Source: Phoronis australis (Eukaryota; Animalia; Phoronida). Taken from it: 54,963 bases of DNA. The DNA lies in NCBI GenBank assembly GCA_002633005.1, contig NMRA01000443.1:1-54963 (forward strand), given 5' to 3'. The position numbers and the translations under genes were made by a program. Shown one piece after another: positions 48,915-54,963 of the stretch; the first letter of the stretch is position 1; each line of letters opens with the position of its first letter. A model generated the notes under the pieces. That model saw nothing but the letters and a program-made list of their open reading frames with translations, did no database searches and was not told the DNA's origin.

Positions 48915-49654
48915 ATGGCGACCGGATGTCTTGGAAACGCTAGGGTCTACATCAAATGTACGATAACACGGCTTCTGTTGATGCTTCACTTACTGTTGCT
49001 GGTGTGGAGAGTCTGGGAGACGTATAGCCGGGAATACTGGTATTTCGCATTAGCAGGACCTCTGGTGTTCATGTTGATTGAATTAGCTGTAGTGTTGCAC
49101 AAGCGAAATGGACAAGAATGGAGAAGGTAAGGAGACCCGGCGGTCGAAAAGTGTTCAAGAACTTTTTGTAAAGAAAAGTTGGCTGTTTGCTCTTATGCAG
49201 GGTTAAATGTTTATTTGGAATACTAATATTCTTCAAGGGAAAGAATAATATTTTTCTCAAGTTCAGAGATTCAACGTTACTGTCAGCATTCAACCACTTG
49301 ACAGAATCCCAGAATTCCGTTGTTGTCATGACAATAACTTTCCGATTGCTCCGTCCTTTTTCTTCAATCATTAATCTTTCAAAAGTGGATAAGAACGACC
49401 AGGAAACAGACGATTGATGTATCAATATTGAAGCACATAATCTGCTGATGAATTTTGATTCCTCTGTGTTGTTAAAATGATATTTCGTAAGTTAAAGTTC
49501 CGTTAATTCCAGGTTCTGTCCATCTTTCTTCCTGTATCTTATGTCGGCTATTCCGTCAGTTTGGTTCATAGAACTAAACCGTCTGGAGGCAATCCGCCAA
49601 GACCGTGCTGCAGTGGATAACTCTACAAGTACTGCCCAACTGGACTTCAGTGGT
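48915..49654 (+). CDS. TMEM26: Transmembrane protein 26 family, exons 1-2 (partial; remainder not found in the window)
   Basis: Exon 48915-49126 (ITRLLLMLHLLLLVWRV...YWYFAL...IELAVVLHKRNGQEWR, AG|gtaagg) splices in phase 2 to 49513-49654 (FCPSFFLYLMSAIPSVWFIEL..., |gtaagt). This matches the TMEM26 signature GxEWxxFCPSxFLYLxxxxPxxWxxEL. Confidence 0.88.
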
Positions 49655-51518
49655 GTAAGTGTCAAGCAAATTATCCGACATCTTCTCTAGCGTTGTGAGA
49701 CCAAAAAGATGGTGATTATTACTTCACACAACCTTTTTAGTCTGAAGTACAAATCATTATGTAATGTTGGGGAAGCGTTACTTTTTGTTCACTGGCATTT
49801 GGATATTGGCTTTTCCTCTTATCGTTTAAACATCCTATCGTACGACATTGGTTTTTTTGACGGCATAAAGACCCTAAATAAGTTTAAATACAATGGAAAA
49901 GATATTCAAAACTGGATCTCCTCAGTATTGAGCAGCCAAATACAATAAAGAAAAATACAACTTGAACTTATAAAATCCGTTTCATAATATGTTTGAGTAA
50001 GATAAGATTTGATTTCCGTTACGGAAAAGAGTAACGAAAACATGAGCTTTACCAAAATGAGAGAAAAAACCGTATGTAAAAGTAACATAAAGTGAACCAA
50101 ACATGTCATAAATGACTAGTTGAACCGGCAGGGAAATGATTTCAATGTTTCAAAAAATTTCTCCCCAATTAAGATAAAAATTTTAGAATATGGATACCTC
50201 ACCTTTGTGAAGAATTAAGCATGGCATTCATCCAAAATTATAATCTTTATATATTAATTGGACCTTTGGTGCCGTGTGGTGCAATAACATTCTTCTGTAA
50301 AAATTCAGATGCAGTGGCATTTACAAAAATACAATACACTAGTTACTCCAACCGAAATTTGCAGATAAAAGTTTTCTAATGGATAAAAATTGGGCAAAAA
50401 TCTATTGTGTAGCTTTGAAATGTATTGTGGGTAGTTCACTACATTGGTTGCAGTGTAGGACTTTCCACATAAGTAAATAATTATTCATTTCTTCAGAAAG
50501 TAAAATTTAGTGACCCTGATACACGTGGTGTGTGTTACCCTCTTGGTGTAAAGAGTAATTTGGGACACATGATTAATTACGATTGTTATGATACTAAAGA
50601 AGTAGACAATGTAACTTTGAACGCTTGTTATACAGTTGTCACGGTTCATATTCGAGAATGAAATAGTGGAACAACCAGATTGAAAAGCGAGACTTTCGGA
50701 TAAAAAGCCAAAACGCGGGAGTGAATTGTTCGTCGTAACACACGAAAACGTCCTGACACCGTTTTGTCGAACGGGAGACGTAACACCCAAAAGTGCCCGA
50801 CTGAGTTTTTGTTTTTAGGCGAATGCGATGTCAATTTCTCCGTGTGTCAAAAAGTGAGACATTTTGACGAGATGGCCAGAAAAGTCAAAAAGTGTGGCAG
50901 GCCACCAAGAGTGCGACAGTTGACAAGTACACTTTACGCTGCCAGAAACATAAAGTATTCGATTGGATTCTTTTACTTTTTAAAATTTCATTTCACGGAT
51001 ACAGGTAAATACTACAGTGCAGCTCAGGCGTCTGGCAACATTGCAAAAATGAATTATTATAGAAACAGGCGAAAACAGTAATACTATTTATCCCATGCGC
51101 GTTGAATCTGTCGAGGGAAATACGGCCATGTAATAAAGTTTTCCATATTCACCTCCCGCACTACTTGAACAGCGACCTCTGACATGGAAAGTTCAAAAGG
51201 TAAGTCAATGTCGACTCGACGTCTTTAGCCGGTTCGATCATCAAACTTTGCGAACATAGTTTAAAGTAATACAGTTGCAGCAGTTACTAACACTCGACAT
51301 GCAACCAGGGCCTAAACGTAAAATCTGGAACAAAACTGTTAATTATAAAACACTCATGTCTCAGTTTTCAATTGTTGAATACTATATCGCCTGCAACTCA
51401 GGCGCCGATTCCTAGGAAATTAAAATATCAAAGTCTTCGGTCTCGGTCGATACGCGAAATAATGTCTCGTGGGATATTACTTCATGTACGCCACTCTCGG
51501 TACGTTTTGTGTATATAT

Positions 51519-51551
51519 ACACGCACACACACACACACACACACACACGCA

Positions 51552-51594
<43 letters not shown>
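51519..51594. repeat. (CA)n microsatellite with a central (CG)n stretch
   Basis: Direct inspection. Confidence 0.95.
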
Positions 51595-51597
<3 letters not shown>

Positions 51598-52641
51598 CTA
51601 TGCAAGTATAAGTAATTTTTCGAAAGTTACGTAAATGCACCTCAGTATGGTCTAAACATTTCATTTATAATCGCAAAACAAACACTCAGAGACCTAATGT
51701 TATTTTTTTCCGTAAAATACTGTAACATGATTTCAAAACCCAAACATGACTTGTTGAAAAACTCTTGGCATGTAGTTTGATAGGCTGCTGAAAGTGGTTT
51801 TTAAACAGGAGCTGAAAATATATGAGAGGCCATGGCATTCTCGCTAACCAGCCAGGGCCACAGGTCGATGCGTAGAATATAAAGGATGACCAGTGTGTCG
51901 GGTTTGTTGCGTAATAGTGCCGAGAAATCGCTGGTTGTCTGGGACCGTACCTCAAGAGTTTCGCTTGATAAACAACAACAATAAAATGAAAATGAGGCAG
52001 TGAAATTTGGCTTGATTTGATAACTACAACACCCGATCAATTCATAGTACAAACGCTTGCGGCTAGTTTCGAGGTAACAAGCCGACTTGCTCAACGAGTG
52101 TCACAAGAACACCCCTTTTCATATAATAAATCTATGTTTTCCCAATAATTATCTCCTCGGAATTCGTGGTGTGAAAATGTCGATTATTTTGAGCTTGTCA
52201 TAGCAGCATGCTGTTACAAATGTTATCTTCACTTCAAACAATAGTCTAGTACAATCTCGCAAAAATTTCATTCTTCCTTTTCCTACACTGTTGGATTCTA
52301 ACTTTTTAATTGTTGTTCTCGTGCAGGATGTCTGGATGTTACTCCGTGATTTTTTAGACCGCTTCTGTGCGTAAATAGATGTCAAATCTTCTCATATTAG
52401 TGTCAACTGCCGTCATTTATCACTGTGGTGCAGAACGCCCTATTCTTGCAGATGTTTTGCTGTAAAATGCACCGCACCCAACTTATATTAAATATTAGCA
52501 TTTATGAGGGCTCATGTCAAATTGTCGGATATTGCAAATGTGCAAAGTCACGTTATAATTTTTTCACGATATAAAAATACATCTGTTCAGTGTGCTGCTT
52601 GCAACTTAAAAACCTAATATCAACATGAGACATTTTCTTCC

Positions 52642-52773
52642 AAATGTCTGGCACGACGTCACTTTCAGTGTTCCCATCTTGATCCAAGTGTTTGGCAACA
52701 CGTCACTTCCATTGTTCCCATCTTGATCCAAGTGTTTGGCAACACGTCACTTCCAATTTTCCCATCTTGATCC
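52642..52773. repeat. 44-bp tandem repeat x3
   Basis: Unit aagtgtttggcaacacgtcacttccattgttcccatcttgatcc, with variants, at 52642, 52686 and 52730. Confidence 0.93.
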
Positions 52774-54963
52774 ACCTTCGCTCACCATTCATATGTAAAA
52801 TTCAATTTTGAAATCGATAATTTTAAAAAAAGGTTAGACATGGGCATGATCAACAAAATTTCACCAGAATGTCGATCAAGATTACCAAGCGTCTAGTGCC
52901 GACTTACGATACGGATTAATTTCAACTCTTTCATTGGTTAAAAGTGACCTCGAGTCACAAATTTGTTCTAACCCTCATACAACAATTTCTGACAACCAAT
53001 TAATTTCAATTGAGCAAATGTACAAAGATTCTCAAAAGCTTACACATAATTTCAAGGTACTTAGTTAATTGCTACAAATTATTTCTGTGACACGGCCATA
53101 ATTACGTGGTTAAACCTTTATTCAGTCAGTCTGAAGCGCGAGCGTTTAAATCTTAGCTCACTTCTCATTGAAACAGACCCCAGGACTTTCTTGAAAAGAG
53201 ATGCGTGGGCTTAAAGGTTCCAGTTGTTTGCCTCAGTATCGAACAGGTCGGCAGTAGTCGACAAAATGTTGCATTCAAATGTAAATGAGTTCGGGAAAGA
53301 ATCTATTTTTTCTGTATCATGTCATTTACGGTTCTATTTTGTCTGGTATTTTCATGTTAACGTTGGTTCATCCTTTTGCAAAAGCCAGACGACTGTGAAA
53401 AAGTCTTACGACAGATGATTGCTATTCTGCAAGTCATACGTGCAGTTTAGAGACTATGAATTTATGTAAAATAACGTAAATAATTTTTTATTTTTTATTT
53501 TAAATCATCTCACAAACGAGTTTGTTCGCGTCTTGAACATGTTAAGCAAAGGAGTATTAAAAACTCCCTCATTCTACACAGAACACATTCATTGCAAATA
53601 TGTTGGAAATTTTCTTTAAAACAAAATTTAAATCATTTTAAAGAAACTAAAAGCTCTTGTACAATTTGAAACTGCCACGTCATCAAAAGACAGTTTGTGA
53701 TGTATTTTCAGTTGTAACATGAAATAAATTTGCTGGGGTATGTAGTCAGAATTATATTTCTACCTCATTCCTTTCCAAAGTTGTGAAGTTATTTGTCCCA
53801 ATATTTTTGCGTTTCACTGTTTCTATGGAAACGTGCGTTTAGCAGACTATATGTCCAAAAATTGTTTTGGCGTTTAAAACTATGTTCTGGTCCCCGTCAA
53901 TAGTTGCCACCCTGAGGTGTGAACCAAACGTTCAGACGTAGTCTGGCTCAGTCATGCTGACAGTGTTTCACTCACAGATTTATAGTGAAAACAACAACTA
54001 CTAACCACCTGAAGATGATTAGAAATTCGAAGCAGTCATTTTAGCAATTTATCTTTGTTGTGATATCAGGATAGCATTCTCTAGACAAAGTTTCCTACTA
54101 GAGGAGCAAGACCACTCAAACTCATGCGCGTGAAAAGCGGACATTTTTGCGAGCAGTGTGTTGAACGTTTTATTCTAGTTTATGTTATTAGAACAGTGTA
54201 ACCCAGCAAAATAAGGACCACTGAAGTGTTTCAGTTCCATGAGTCAAAATTTCTCTCCGCGAGTTCATGACTAATGCCTCGGGTAAACGGAACGCAACAC
54301 AGCTCTAAACGTAGGCTCATAAATTGCTCTTGTTATTATTATAGCGGTTGACATGTACAAGCGAGGTGCCGAGTATACGTGCCCTATGAACACAGAGAAT
54401 GAAAGTGCATTAAAGGAATGAATACAAAAGTGCGGAAATCGACGTTAGCAAATCTGTTATTGTTCGTCTAATCATAATAAAATTCTATACTAATGGAAAT
54501 TTCATTAATTACCCTTTGAAATAACTTTTCTGACAACATGTCATTACATACAACTACAAATTGTGAAAGAAACAAAAGTTGTAAAATCCGGTCTTTGTTT
54601 ACCAGATTTCAACACCAATTACTTTATTGATCAGTCAGCAGTTTTCACGCACTTCCACAGTTTATGAGAGGATATTTCTAAATGTGACTCCTGTCCAAAT
54701 CGATTCAACACAGTCGCCCGCAGACTCAGAAATACGTTAATGATCCACGAGTATCCACTGTTGCTAAGCCCCTCCTTAACAAACTTAATGATTGATGAGC
54801 CTCCTGATACTGGGTGTTCCATCGAAATAGGAACCCCGGTGTAAAACAGAAATTCCGGATTCCACAACAGACTCCCGCACCTTCAAACCAGCTAAACAGC
54901 CCAAAATCACGAACATCGACCATTAAAACAGAAATTTCAGGAATCGGACAGGAAATCCGAACA

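Noticed and set aside
51372-51664. ORFs with HT/CV dipeptide runs
   Set aside because: They are translations of the (CA)n microsatellite.

Overview
AT-rich, intron-containing eukaryotic DNA, most likely from an invertebrate animal; nothing prokaryotic is visible and there is no CRISPR. Two host genes can be assembled by hand from GT-AG exons. One is a minus-strand, ~15-exon cyclic-nucleotide-binding-domain gene of the CNBD2 type (9162 to at least 20848). The other is the first two exons of a plus-strand TMEM26-family gene (48915-49654). A 235-codon basic orphan exon at 26581-27285 (-) may be the first exon of the CNBD2-like gene. The rest is a patchwork of mobile DNA: a TTAA-flanked Kolobok-type element with a frameshifted THAP domain and a second right end 2.5 kb downstream; a spliced, decayed YqaJ/lambda-exonuclease-like gene; the 5' half of a LINE whose ORF1 and endonuclease lie in one frame separated by a single TAG; many MITEs and hairpins; tRNA-derived heads, including an 8x40-bp array of a tRNA A-box/D-arm; a CCATGG palindromic foldback array; and a local duplication. 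I cannot claim a new biological system. The best leads are the LINE ORF1-TAG-ORF2 junction, the composite Kolobok structure and the tRNA-head array. All family assignments come from recognising motifs by eye, not from database searches.
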